Counted from the stretch's first letter, positions 44,204 through 54,023 are shown. The stretch is 64,000 nucleotides of DNA from Candidatus Nanoarchaeia archaeon (GCA_038874075.1 JAVZDD010000001.1:8701-72700); one strand, 5' to 3'. Program-made: numbers and translations. The notes: a model not told the origin generated them from the letters alone.

Positions 44204-45429
44204 ATCTGCTCCCTTGCTTTTTTAAAATCTGAGATTATCCTTTTCTCATTTAGAAAAACTTTTTTATTTTTCATCAAAAATTTACCATTTACTAAAAGGT
44301 CTTCTGGTGCTGGTGACAATGAAATTATTTTTTTAATTAAAGATTGTTTTGAAAAAACATGGAATTTATTATTAAAAAATACAAAATCGGCACTCTTACC
44401 CACTTCAATGCTCCCGACTTCTTTCTCTACACCCAAACATTTTGCAGCATCTATTGTTATCAAATCTAATAGTTTTTGGTGATCTAAATTGTAATGTTCA
44501 TATGAGAAATTAGCGATGCTAAGTAAATTACATGTTTTTCCAGTTGCTAAACCATCACTAGCCAAAGAAATTTTTATTCCCTTCTCTAAAAATTTTTTAA
44601 TAGGTGGTAATTTGTTTTTTAGAAAAACATTTGAAATTGGACAAAACGAAACATTTGCGTTATTCTTTTTAATGATCTGAATTTCATTCTCGTCAACGTG
44701 AACACAATGGACAAGTAGAGTCCTGGATGAAATAAGTTTGTAAGATTCCATCACTTCGATTGGGTATTCACCATAAACTTCTTTTACTTTTTTTCTTTCA
44801 TCAAGTGTCTCATTTATGTGAATGGTTAGGAAGATGTTGTCATATTCATAAAATTTTTCCGAAATCATCTCTAAAATTTTTTCGTTTAAGAAGGGTAAAG
44901 AATGGAGCCAAATGCCAACTTTTATATTATTTGAATTGAATTCTTCAAATGTTTTATCAAATTTCTCTGGAAAATCTTTTAAATAAGTGCTTAATTTGTC
45001 AGAAAGCATTATTGGATATCCAAGAAAAGCCTTAAGATTCGATTTTTTCACATTTTCCCAGTTTCTTGCTGCTACAAAGAGAGATGTACCTGATTTTATT
45101 AACTCAAGCAATGAGTAATTAACTGTGGAGTTTTGAACAAATTTTTTATTTTTCACCTTCTTCCACATTTCCTCAGTTTTTTTGATGTAGTCATCCAACT
45201 TCATCTTTTTAATTAATCCTTTATATATCGTTTCACCAAGATGGAAATGTGTGTTTATGAAACTCGGAAGGACAATTTTTTTATTAAGATCAATGACAAT
45301 CTTTGCTTCTGATTCAGAATAATTACCAACTTTTTTTATTTTACCATCTTCTATCAAAATATCTCCTTCTATTACTTCCCTCTTTTTGTTCTGTGTAACA
45401 ATAATTCCATTCTTTAATATGAAGTCCAT
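44185..45429 (-). CDS. Metal-dependent amidohydrolase (MTA/SAH/5'-deoxyadenosine deaminase-like family)
   Basis: N-terminal ILKNGIIVTQN...GDILIEDGKI and metal-binding SFINTHFHL (HxH) motif; 414 aa; overlaps the upstream radical SAM gene by 19 nt. Confidence 0.65.
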   Translation of the reverse strand: MDFILKNGIIVTQNKKREVIEGDILIEDGKIKKVGNYSESEAKIVIDLNKKIVLPSFINTHFHLGETIYKGLIKKMKLDDYIKKTEEMWKKVKNKKFVQNSTVNYSLLELIKSGTSLFVAARNWENVKKSNLKAFLGYPIMLSDKLSTYLKDFPEKFDKTFEEFNSNNIKVGIWLHSLPFLNEKILEMISEKFYEYDNIFLTIHINETLDERKKVKEVYGEYPIEVMESYKLISSRTLLVHCVHVDENEIQIIKKNNANVSFCPISNVFLKNKLPPIKKFLEKGIKISLASDGLATGKTCNLLSIANFSYEHYNLDHQKLLDLITIDAAKCLGVEKEVGSIEVGKSADFVFFNNKFHVFSKQSLIKKIISLSPAPEDLLVNGKFLMKNKKVFLNEKRIISDFKKAREQICIGNI

Positions 45430-45432
45430 AAT

Positions 45433-46488
45433 TCACCTATGGATTGGCACGTATACAGTACACAAATACAATTCATGCACATTCCATTTTTTTGGTACAA
45501 AAATTTCAGTACTTTTAACTTCATCTGTCTGGAGAAAACAAAGTGGATCTGGCCCGTCAAAATGACCATATTCTAAATAAGAAGAACCAGCGCATCCTCC
45601 TTTACATTGTTGATAGATACTGCAGTTTATACATTTACCCCTTGGATTTCTTTCTCTAATTCTCTTGAAGATTTCCGAGTTCATTATTTCATCGATTGCT
45701 TTTTCTTTGATATTCCCACCACTTTCTTTGAGATATATACATGGACTTACCTCACCATCTGGTTGGATCCTAAAAGAGTAAGTGCCACAAGGGCAGCCAG
45801 CGAATGCCCCCTTGATTCCTGCATATGCTCTGAAAATTGGGTCAGATATACTTACTGTATCCATGCTAAGGGAAGCAAGGAATTGGTAAACTTTTTTTAA
45901 TGTTTCCTTATCCAACCTTAATTTTTCTATCATCTCTTCTCTACCAGTTGGTCTATATCTATTTATCCTCCAAGAATCAACTCTGAGTTTCTTACAAAGT
46001 TCATACATTTTTTCTAATGTTTTGATGTCAGAGTTCAATTTTGTTATGCAGGTAACTATCTCTACCTTTACACCATTTTCAACGAGTTTTTTAATCGTCT
46101 CTGTTGCTTTTTTGAAAGTCCCATTTACTCCTCTAAACCAATCATGTCTCCTCGCATCTGGAAAATCTAAGGAAACCCCGATGTCGTGAAATAGATTTAA
46201 GTTATGTTTTATTAATGAAAAGGTTGTTCCATTGGTCGTCAATGAAATTTTTATTTTAGAATTTTCAGCAATATATTTGCAAAGAGGAATAAAATCTCTT
46301 CTCAGTGGACATTCACCTCCACCAAAATTAATTGCAACCGTACCTGCACTTTTTAATTTTTTAACCACTTGTTTTGACTCTTCAAACGTGAGCTCATTCC
46401 TTCTAATGATGCCAGAATTGTTATAGCAATGTCTGCATCTAAGATTGCACAAATTAGTGAATGACCATCCGGCTATTAACATGGTCAA
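45433..46488 (-). CDS. Radical SAM/SPASM-domain protein
   Basis: CNLRCRHC radical SAM motif near the N-terminus; C-terminal Cys-rich SPASM-like region (CPCGTYSF...SPCIYL...CINCSIYQQCKGGCAGSS); 351 aa. Confidence 0.7.
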   Translation of the reverse strand: MTMLIAGWSFTNLCNLRCRHCYNNSGIIRRNELTFEESKQVVKKLKSAGTVAINFGGGECPLRRDFIPLCKYIAENSKIKISLTTNGTTFSLIKHNLNLFHDIGVSLDFPDARRHDWFRGVNGTFKKATETIKKLVENGVKVEIVTCITKLNSDIKTLEKMYELCKKLRVDSWRINRYRPTGREEMIEKLRLDKETLKKVYQFLASLSMDTVSISDPIFRAYAGIKGAFAGCPCGTYSFRIQPDGEVSPCIYLKESGGNIKEKAIDEIMNSEIFKRIRERNPRGKCINCSIYQQCKGGCAGSSYLEYGHFDGPDPLCFLQTDEVKSTEIFVPKKWNVHELYLCTVYVPIHR

Positions 46489-46563
46489 AATATTTTTTGT
46501 ACTGTATATTTAAATATTTTACCATTAAATTTTTTATTAAGAAAAAACATATTTTTAGCAGAA

Positions 46564-47295
46564 ATGGAGAACATATTAGCAATATTTGTCAGTGTGGATT
46601 TGAATAGAAATTTGTACGGTATAAGTAAATATATTGGAGAAAAAAAGATAGAGAAGGTTTATCTGCTTTACAATAAATTGAATAACTTCTTTGGAAGAAA
46701 TTCAAGAGAGATCACAGATATTATTCAAGAAAAGTTGAATGGGATTATTGAATGCGAAAAATTTCCAATAAATCCAGAATCATTCGAAGAATGTTTTAAA
46801 GAACTTTATAAATTGATTAAAAAAGAAAGAAACAAAACCATTTATGTTGACGTTTCTTCAACCACTAAATCAGCTACAGTTGCCACATTTTCTCTTGCAT
46901 CAGTATTCAACATCATACCGTACATCGTGATTCCTGAAGAAAATAAAGAGACAAGTGAGGCATATATAAAAGTATTGAAAAAAATGAAGTATAGAAAAGG
47001 TATTGCGCTCTATGAAATACCAATTATCAAGAATGAAAAGATAATGAATGATAAGGAAGCAATGGTCCTAAAAATTTTGAAGAAAAATAAGGGAAAAGTG
47101 GAAGGGATGGGAAAAATATTGCGTCTATTTGGTAAAAAGGTAACAAAAAAAGAATTGACAAAACTTGGATATCTTTTAGAGAAAATGGAGAAAAAGAACT
47201 TGATAATTACAAAAAAAGAGGGAAGGATAGTAATCATCAAAATGACTCATTTTGGTAAACTTATAAGTGAGACGATACTAGAAGCAATGGAATAA
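46564..47295 (+). CDS. Hypothetical regulator with C-terminal winged-helix, possibly CARF-wHTH (Csa3-like) architecture
   Basis: 243 aa; N-terminal alpha/beta region with DVSSTTKSATV motif (resembles the CARF D-x-T-x-G-x-R region), C-terminal wHTH-like KEAMVLKILKKNKGKVEGMGKILRLFGKKVTKKELTKLGYLLEKMEKKNLI. Confidence 0.35.
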   Translation: MENILAIFVSVDLNRNLYGISKYIGEKKIEKVYLLYNKLNNFFGRNSREITDIIQEKLNGIIECEKFPINPESFEECFKELYKLIKKERNKTIYVDVSSTTKSATVATFSLASVFNIIPYIVIPEENKETSEAYIKVLKKMKYRKGIALYEIPIIKNEKIMNDKEAMVLKILKKNKGKVEGMGKILRLFGKKVTKKELTKLGYLLEKMEKKNLIITKKEGRIVIIKMTHFGKLISETILEAME

Positions 47296-47354
47296 ACTTT
47301 ATTATACACGATTTACCGAAAGATATTTAAATAAAAAGTTATTACTTTAAAGTA

Positions 47355-48578
47355 ATGATAAAGAAATGCATTTTTTCAATCGTAATTTTATTACTCTTGA
47401 TTACTCCAGCGTGTGCTGTAAACTTCAAGCTAATTGATATCTCAACTGAAAGTGATGTAGTTCCACCTGGAAAGATATTCCTAACGAAATTGGATATCAA
47501 AAATTTCGACACGAGAAGTGCATATGTGTTCGTGAAATTCAAAGTGAACGATGATGTTTATGAGCAGGGACAGATTCTATACTTGCCTTCACTAGTTGAG
47601 ATTTTTCCAGCATTTTATGTACCCGCACCAAAAGAGCCTGGTTTTTTCAAATTAGAAGCGATTATCTATGATTACCAGAATTCATCGAATGTTTCTAAGA
47701 TGATGATCGTAAAGCCACTCATGTATGACTTCGCAGTAAGCCTTTATCCAATAAAAAATGGTACTTTTTCTGGTGAGAATACCTCATTTGTGCTTGAAAT
47801 GGCGAACATCGGTAATTATAATGATGTGTATACGATTGACCTATACGGTTGGGATAATTTTAAAATTGAAAATAGTAAAGTGAGCTTATATGCGAATTCT
47901 AAAAAAGATATAAGAATAGACGTCTATGTACCTCCTGAGACAAAGAAAGGAATTTACACAATAAGCGCGAAGGTCTGTTCGATAACAACACAAGTTTGTA
48001 AGATTGTGGAATCAAATTTATCTGTTGTGGCTTCAGAAAAAGAACAGAATATCGTGAGACTTGAGCAAACCACAAGTATAATAAAAAAAGATGAGAAAGC
48101 AATTTTTTCTTTCAGCATAAGAAACAAAGGAAATAGCAACAAGAACTACCTTATTCTCGTTGAACCAGCTCTTCCAGAAAATGAAACATGGGATGGGGAA
48201 TTAAAAATTGAACCCAATTCGTTTGTATTAAAGCCAAATGAAGAAATGAAGATTGGAGTTGAAATTGAGCCGAAGAAAATTGGAAATTTCAGCTTTTCTT
48301 ACCAGATATTTTCAAATGGTGTGATGATAGATGATGGAGTGCTTTCATTTGAATCAGTTGAAGTAATACCAATTGGATATGCTATAGCAAATATCTTCAA
48401 GCCATCCCCGACATCAATCTTAATTGCGCTTGTTTTAATCATTGCCATATTATTATACCTAAGATGGAGGGGAGTAATTTTTAAATCAAAGGGAGAATTA
48501 GTGGGTGAGCTTGAACCAATTACTGAGGAAAATGAAAAAACAGAAGAAACACCAATAAATTTCCCGCAAGAAAAATAA
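47355..48578 (+). CDS. Secreted beta-rich protein with signal peptide and C-terminal TM anchor (CARDB/Ig-like)
   Basis: Signal-like MIKKCIFSIVILLLLITPACA; C-terminal TM ILIALVLIIAILLYL followed by acidic tail; 407 aa. Confidence 0.5.
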   Translation: MIKKCIFSIVILLLLITPACAVNFKLIDISTESDVVPPGKIFLTKLDIKNFDTRSAYVFVKFKVNDDVYEQGQILYLPSLVEIFPAFYVPAPKEPGFFKLEAIIYDYQNSSNVSKMMIVKPLMYDFAVSLYPIKNGTFSGENTSFVLEMANIGNYNDVYTIDLYGWDNFKIENSKVSLYANSKKDIRIDVYVPPETKKGIYTISAKVCSITTQVCKIVESNLSVVASEKEQNIVRLEQTTSIIKKDEKAIFSFSIRNKGNSNKNYLILVEPALPENETWDGELKIEPNSFVLKPNEEMKIGVEIEPKKIGNFSFSYQIFSNGVMIDDGVLSFESVEVIPIGYAIANIFKPSPTSILIALVLIIAILLYLRWRGVIFKSKGELVGELEPITEENEKTEETPINFPQEK

Positions 48579-48612
48579 AGTTTAATAACTACTTCTTCTT
48601 TTTCTTATTAAC

Positions 48613-49131
48613 ATGGTGAAAGGGATACTGGTAGACAAAAAAGTAATCGTTGAAAATGAAGAGGATGCCAACACAATCTATAATAGAGGTAAGTATGGTG
48701 TAATAAAAAACAGAAAGCTTGAACTCTCCTTGGTTGAAGCATTATATCTGATTGAAAAAGGTGATTTGGAAGTTTACGATGAAAATGAGAATAAATTAGA
48801 ATTCAAAGAATTTATGAAAATAGCAAGTGAAAGAATTCCAAGATTTTACACAATATTTTCTGTTTATCGAGACATTAGATCAAGAGGTTACATCACGAAA
48901 ACAGCACTCAAATACGGTGCTGATTTCAGGGTATACGAAAGGGGTGCTGAGCCAGGAAAAGAGCATGCAAAGTGGATTTTATACTGCGTGCATGAAAGTG
49001 AGGAGTTTGATTGGAAGAAATTTAGCAGTATGAACAGAGTTGCGCATAGTGTAAGAAAAACATTATTAATAGGTGTTGTCGATGATGAAGGGGATGTAAC
49101 TTATTGGAACACAACTTGGTTGAAACCGTAG
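48613..49131 (+). CDS. endA: tRNA-splicing endonuclease catalytic subunit
   Basis: 172 aa; YRDIRSRGYITKTALKYGADFRVYERG...HAKWILYCVHE...LIGVVDDEGDVTYW matches the EndA catalytic domain (Tyr, His, Lys triad region). Confidence 0.8.
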   Translation: MVKGILVDKKVIVENEEDANTIYNRGKYGVIKNRKLELSLVEALYLIEKGDLEVYDENENKLEFKEFMKIASERIPRFYTIFSVYRDIRSRGYITKTALKYGADFRVYERGAEPGKEHAKWILYCVHESEEFDWKKFSSMNRVAHSVRKTLLIGVVDDEGDVTYWNTTWLKP

Positions 49132-49159
49132 GTGATGAAAAATAAAGAAAATTTATTTT

Positions 49160-49699
49160 TTGACTGGGAATAAAGAAAAATTTAAGGAAGCAAGTTCAAT
49201 ATTGGAAGCATATGGCGTATGTTTGGAACAAGTTAGTCTAGATATAAGGGAAGTACAGGAAATAGACGTTGAGGTCGTGACAAAGAAGAAAGCAGAGGAA
49301 GCAGTTAAACGACTTAGAAAACCTGTGATCGTTGAAGATACTGCACTTTATTTGAGAGCATTGAATGGATTTCCAGGTGCATTGATTGATTGGATGTTAA
49401 AAAGTATTGGGAACAATGGAATCATCAGGATCGTGAATGAATTTAAAGAAAGGAAAGCGATGGCTGTGACTTGTGTTGCGTTTTGCAAACCAGGAAAAAA
49501 ACCAGTCACTTTTGTCGGGGAGATAAACGGGAAAATAGCAAAGAAAGCAAAGGGTAAAGGTTTTGGCTGGGATCCAATATTCATACCAACTGGTCACAAA
49601 AGGACATTTGGTGAAATGAGTAAAAAGGAGAAGAATAAGATTTCAATGCGCAGAATTGCACTAGAAAAATTTGCCAAGTGGTTTCTAAGAGCCAGGTAA
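49160..49699 (+). CDS. Non-canonical purine NTP pyrophosphatase (Ham1/RdgB/ITPase family), TTG start
   Basis: N-terminal TGNKEKFKEASSIL and C-terminal FGWDPIFIP motifs of the Ham1 family; no in-frame ATG upstream after the stop at 49136. Confidence 0.8.
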   Translation: MTGNKEKFKEASSILEAYGVCLEQVSLDIREVQEIDVEVVTKKKAEEAVKRLRKPVIVEDTALYLRALNGFPGALIDWMLKSIGNNGIIRIVNEFKERKAMAVTCVAFCKPGKKPVTFVGEINGKIAKKAKGKGFGWDPIFIPTGHKRTFGEMSKKEKNKISMRRIALEKFAKWFLRAR

Positions 49700-49704
49700 A
49701 ATGA

Positions 49705-50280
49705 ATGAGGAAAATAATACTTGCGTCCAGTTCTCCAAGAAGAATTGAACTATTGAAAAAGCTCGGTATAAAATTTGATGTGATTCCAAGTAGAATCAGG
49801 GAAGCTGAAATTAAGATTAGAGACCCAATTAAATTTGCGAAGGAGCTAGCAGTCAGAAAGGCAAAAAGTGTTGCAAGGAAAGTTAAGAATGGAATCGTGA
49901 TTGGTGCTGATACTGTTGTTGTTCTTGATAGAGAGATAATTGGTAAACCAAAGAATGAGGAAGATGCAAAACAGATTTTAAAAAAATTGAGTGGTAGGAC
50001 ACACAAAGTTATCACAGCTTTGGCTGTAATTGATGCAAAAACAAAAAGGTTGGTCTGCGATGTTGAAATCACAAAATTGAAGTTCAGAAAAATGAGCGAG
50101 GAGAAGATAAAAGAATACGTAAAAAGTGGGGAAGGAATGGACAAGGCAGGTGCATATGCAATCCAAGGTAAAGGTATCTCTTTTTTAGAAAAAATTGAAG
50201 GCTCCTATTCAAATGTAATTGGACTGCCAATTTCTAAATTAGTTAGGTTACTAAAAAAATTTAATATTGAAGTTAATTAG
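49705..50280 (+). CDS. maf: Maf-like nucleotide pyrophosphatase
   Basis: IILASSSPRRIELLKKLGIKFDV N-terminus and AGAYAIQG motif typical of Maf; 191 aa. Confidence 0.85.
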   Translation: MRKIILASSSPRRIELLKKLGIKFDVIPSRIREAEIKIRDPIKFAKELAVRKAKSVARKVKNGIVIGADTVVVLDREIIGKPKNEEDAKQILKKLSGRTHKVITALAVIDAKTKRLVCDVEITKLKFRKMSEEKIKEYVKSGEGMDKAGAYAIQGKGISFLEKIEGSYSNVIGLPISKLVRLLKKFNIEVN

Positions 50281-50644
50281 TATAAGAGGTAAGATGGTCG
50301 AAATTACAATTGTTATGTTGTCGTTGGTCATTGAAATAATAATTTGGGGTGTCGTCGGTTATTTCTGGTCAAGAGACAAAAAAGAATCAATAATAAATGC
50401 TTTAATAATTGCATTTTTAGGTTCTTTGGGTATTGGATTAATTACAAATTATGTCGTATTAACAACTCAAAACATCATCTTTCTAGTCATCGGTTTTTTC
50501 CTGAGTTTGATTATGGTTCCTTTGATTAGTGGTGTCATTGTCTTTGGTGATCTTAGAATTACAGTCTATTCATGGATAACAGTGATGGTAATCAAGTTCA
50601 TACTTTTTTTCGTAGGTGTGAGTTTATTCATAAGAACAAGTTGA
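50267..50644 (+). CDS. Small hypothetical membrane protein
   Basis: 125 aa, four hydrophobic helices. Confidence 0.4.
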   Translation: MKLISIRGKMVEITIVMLSLVIEIIIWGVVGYFWSRDKKESIINALIIAFLGSLGIGLITNYVVLTTQNIIFLVIGFFLSLIMVPLISGVIVFGDLRITVYSWITVMVIKFILFFVGVSLFIRTS

Positions 50645-50646
50645 CT

Positions 50647-51540
50647 TCACATTGCTCTGAGGATTCTTATCCTTTCTTGGATTGGTGGGTGTGTGGCAAA
50701 TAATGCATCTAATGGACTTCTATTTGGATCAACAAAGAAAAGGTGAGAAACCGCCTCACTCACATTCATACTTTTACCCATATTCATCTTCATTATTTTC
50801 TCTAATGCGCTTGCTAGCCCTTCTGGATACCTCGTCAATTTTGCAGCATCTGCATCTGCCAGAAATTCTCTTCTTCTGGATATCGCTGCTTGAACTAATC
50901 TCGTGGCAATTGGTGCAAATATCGCAAGAATAAGACCAATTATCAGGATTAAACCGGCACCTCTTTCTCCCCTTTCCCTTCTAAAACCAAACCTATAAGA
51001 GCGAAGTAACATGTGGCTAACAATTGCAACCAAACCAACTAACACAGCAACGAGTGTGGCGAACCTTATATCATAGTTTTTTATGTGTGAAATCTCATGA
51101 CCTATCACACCCTCTAATTCCATCCGATTCAGATTTTTCAATAGTGCCGTTGTAACTGCAATTGAAGAATGCGCTGGGTCCTTACCTGTTGCGAATGCAT
51201 TCATTTCATCACTTTCGATCACATATACCTTTGGTTTTGGTATCCCAGCAGCGATGCTCAAACCTTCAACAGTATTTATCAGATAAGCGTGTTCCCTTTC
51301 ATTCGCAGGTTTGGCATCTGTGGCAGCGAGCACAATCTCATCTCCGTAGTTGTAAGAAATAAAGATGTATGAAATTGCGATAATAAAAGCAAAGATGATG
51401 AAGATTGCGCTGAGCTCGGGTGCAAATATCAAACTGATCACATAAAAAAGAGCAAGAAGAAATATGAAAACAAGAATTACAAGAAAGATCGAGTCCCTCT
51501 TATTTTTCTCTATTTGTTCATAAAAACTTATTCTTTCCAT
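50647..51540 (-). CDS. htpX: HtpX-like M48 zinc metalloprotease
   Basis: HEXXH motif GHEISHIKNYD, N-terminal TM helices; 297 aa; adjacent to lemA. Confidence 0.85.
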   Translation of the reverse strand: MERISFYEQIEKNKRDSIFLVILVFIFLLALFYVISLIFAPELSAIFIIFAFIIAISYIFISYNYGDEIVLAATDAKPANEREHAYLINTVEGLSIAAGIPKPKVYVIESDEMNAFATGKDPAHSSIAVTTALLKNLNRMELEGVIGHEISHIKNYDIRFATLVAVLVGLVAIVSHMLLRSYRFGFRRERGERGAGLILIIGLILAIFAPIATRLVQAAISRRREFLADADAAKLTRYPEGLASALEKIMKMNMGKSMNVSEAVSHLFFVDPNRSPLDALFATHPPIQERIRILRAM

Positions 51541-51542
51541 TT

Positions 51543-52097
51543 CTATTCAAACTTCACTTTCACTGGCTCTCTCTCTTTTTCTTCTATCTCAAAAAACGGT
51601 CTCGTCTTCCTTCCCATCAATGAAGCAAACCAAACCCCAGGTATTGTTGTGACTAGGTTGTTATATTCAAGTGTTGAATCATTGAAAAACTGCCTGGCAT
51701 ATGCAATCTTGCTCTCAATCCCATCCAATTGTTCCTGCAGAAGCTTGAAATTCTCGCTTGCTCTCAATTGTGGATAGTTTTCAGCTATTGCAAATATCGT
51801 TTTTAATGCCCTTGTCAACTCTCCCTCTGCTCTTATTCTTTCACTTATGTTACCTGCCTTCATCATGTTTTCTCTTGCCTTTGTTACCATCTCAATTGCT
51901 TTCTTTTCATGCGCCATGTAACCCTTCACTGTTTCAACTAGATTTGGAACTAGGTCTGCCCTTTTTTTTAACTGCACATCTATCTGTGACCAAGCATTGT
52001 CAATCCTGTTTGAAAGCACAATTATTTTGTTTATGTAGTAAACACATATGAATGCTAGAATGACAACCACGCCAACAATTATCCAAAACAAACTCAT
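51543..52097 (-). CDS. lemA: LemA family protein
   Basis: N-terminal TM (FWIIVGVVVILAFICVYY) then LSNRIDNAWSQIDVQLKKRADLVPNLVETVKGY, the conserved LemA core; 184 aa. Confidence 0.85.
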   Translation of the reverse strand: MSLFWIIVGVVVILAFICVYYINKIIVLSNRIDNAWSQIDVQLKKRADLVPNLVETVKGYMAHEKKAIEMVTKARENMMKAGNISERIRAEGELTRALKTIFAIAENYPQLRASENFKLLQEQLDGIESKIAYARQFFNDSTLEYNNLVTTIPGVWFASLMGRKTRPFFEIEEKEREPVKVKFE

Positions 52098-52193
52098 GCA
52101 ATCACCTTTTATTTAAGGTGTTATATAAACTTAAATATTTTATGCGTACGTTAAACGATAAGTTAAAATTTTCATTTTTACTATTAAATTCAC

Positions 52194-54023
52194 ATGAATA
52201 AGAAACTGATCTTATTCTTAATGATCTCTTTTTCATTTATTTTGATTAATCCAGTTTACGCTGCATCAAAGTCCAAGACCTATTCTTTTCCTTCGATTTA
52301 TATTAACTTGAATTTACAAGAAGATGGTTCTATCATCGTTGCACAAAACAGAACTTATCTTTTCAAAGGAAGTTTTTCCTGGGCATATCTGGATTTTTTA
52401 AAGAAAGGTGCAAAGGACATTGATCTGATCGGTATTTACAATCCATATACGGGTGAGCTATACAGATACAATGTGGAAGAAGATTCAACACACTTGAAGG
52501 TGACTTGGTATTACACTGCAAGCAATGAACTCAAAACGTTTCTCATCGTTTACAAGATCATTGGTGCTGTGAAGAGATATGAGGACGTTGCTGAGTTTTA
52601 TTGGAAAGTGATTGAGGATCAGCATCCATATATTAACAATCTTTACGTGAATGTCACACTTCCAAAATCAAGTTCAAAGTTGTTCAAGATATTTGTGCAT
52701 GGTAAGGGAACACCAGGTGATATCAAATTTTCAAAAGACAACAGTTCAGCAATTGTAAGCTATCGCAACATACCACTGGACACTTTTGTTGAATTTAGAA
52801 TTCTTGCTTCACCAGACATTTTTCCAGACGTCCCATTAATAAATCAGAAGGCATATGAAAAAATCTTGGAGGAAGAAAAAACAAATTTCATTCTTAGCTC
52901 TATTGCCCCGCTACTTTTATTCATCATCCTGCCTTTATGCATGGTTATATTATACATCTATTATTACAAGAAGTATGGTACTGAATACAAGGTTGAGTAT
53001 GATCTCAAATACGATCCTGAGATACCAAGAGACATTCCTCCATTGGCGCTAGTGAACTTTTTTGAGGAAGAAAAAGAAGCACCGATCAGTCTAGCAGCAA
53101 GGGCATTCTTAGCCACAATATTTGATCTTGCAAGGAGAGGGTACATTGAAATAATTGAAGAGAAGAAAGAATCACTTTTTGGTTTAATTAAAAAAACAGA
53201 GCAACGATTTGTATTAACGAACAAAGGTAGAGAAGCTTATTATTCAAGATTGACTCCTCCCCAGCTCCTGCCATTCGAAAAGGATGTACTCCATTTATTA
53301 TTTACAACGATTTCAGAAAATGGAAATGAAGTTACAAGTACTGATATTACAGAATGGTGCAAGAAACACCCCCATCTGATACAGGGTAGGATTAAGAGCT
53401 TAGATGAGAGCGCGAGACATTGGTTCGAGCAAAATTATTTCAAAATATATGAGAGTGTTAGCGAGAAGAAGAGAGAAAAATATATATTATTCTTTACTGT
53501 TAATTTTACGATTCTAACTTTACTTTTCTTCTGGATATTGTTACCTAACATCCGCATACTCATTCAAGGTCTAATACTTGGACCATTTCTGGGTTATTTT
53601 ATTGGTAAGGCAATTACAAGGCCATTATCAAGACATACAAGGGAAGCGATGCTTGATAAAAAGAAGTGGGAAGCATTCAAAAGATACATTTCTGATTTTT
53701 CAGCAATGGAAAGCGCTCCATCTGTATTGATTCATCTCTGGGACAAATACTTGGTCTATGCAATTGTTTTGGGAGTAGCTGAGAAGTTACTTGAAAACAT
53801 AAAGAGATTGAGTGAGGAGAGAAATATCACATTCACACCTGTTGTTTGGTATCGTGGAACAACACCACTACACATAGGAGCCATGTCTCCTCAAGCCTTT
53901 TCCTCCTTCATTAGTAGCATGTCAGGTACAATAAGCTCCCTCAGTTCAGCTTCATCTGTTGGCGGTGGATTTGCTGGTGGGGGCGGTGGAGGTGGAGGTG
54001 GGGGTGGGGGTGGAGCTGGATAG
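52194..54023 (+). CDS. DUF2207-like membrane protein with C-terminal poly-glycine tail (typical LemA neighbour)
   Basis: Signal peptide, ~230-aa extracellular domain, TM helices (IAPLLLFIILPLCMVILYIYYY; ILTLLFFWILLPNI), C-terminus GGGFAGGGGGGGGGGGGGAG; 609 aa. Confidence 0.65.
   Translation: MNKKLILFLMISFSFILINPVYAASKSKTYSFPSIYINLNLQEDGSIIVAQNRTYLFKGSFSWAYLDFLKKGAKDIDLIGIYNPYTGELYRYNVEEDSTHLKVTWYYTASNELKTFLIVYKIIGAVKRYEDVAEFYWKVIEDQHPYINNLYVNVTLPKSSSKLFKIFVHGKGTPGDIKFSKDNSSAIVSYRNIPLDTFVEFRILASPDIFPDVPLINQKAYEKILEEEKTNFILSSIAPLLLFIILPLCMVILYIYYYKKYGTEYKVEYDLKYDPEIPRDIPPLALVNFFEEEKEAPISLAARAFLATIFDLARRGYIEIIEEKKESLFGLIKKTEQRFVLTNKGREAYYSRLTPPQLLPFEKDVLHLLFTTISENGNEVTSTDITEWCKKHPHLIQGRIKSLDESARHWFEQNYFKIYESVSEKKREKYILFFTVNFTILTLLFFWILLPNIRILIQGLILGPFLGYFIGKAITRPLSRHTREAMLDKKKWEAFKRYISDFSAMESAPSVLIHLWDKYLVYAIVLGVAEKLLENIKRLSEERNITFTPVVWYRGTTPLHIGAMSPQAFSSFISSMSGTISSLSSASSVGGGFAGGGGGGGGGGGGGAG
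53961..54019 (+). repeat. G-rich GGN codon tract (poly-Gly) on the + strand
   Basis: ggcggtggatttgctggtgggggcggtggaggtggaggtgggggtgggggtggagctgg. Confidence 0.9.

Noticed and set aside
53961-54019. G-rich tract as a possible rRNA/ncRNA fragment or CRISPR repeat
   Set aside because: It is in frame and encodes the poly-Gly C-terminal tail characteristic of DUF2207-family proteins. No secondary-structure or repeat-spacer organisation.
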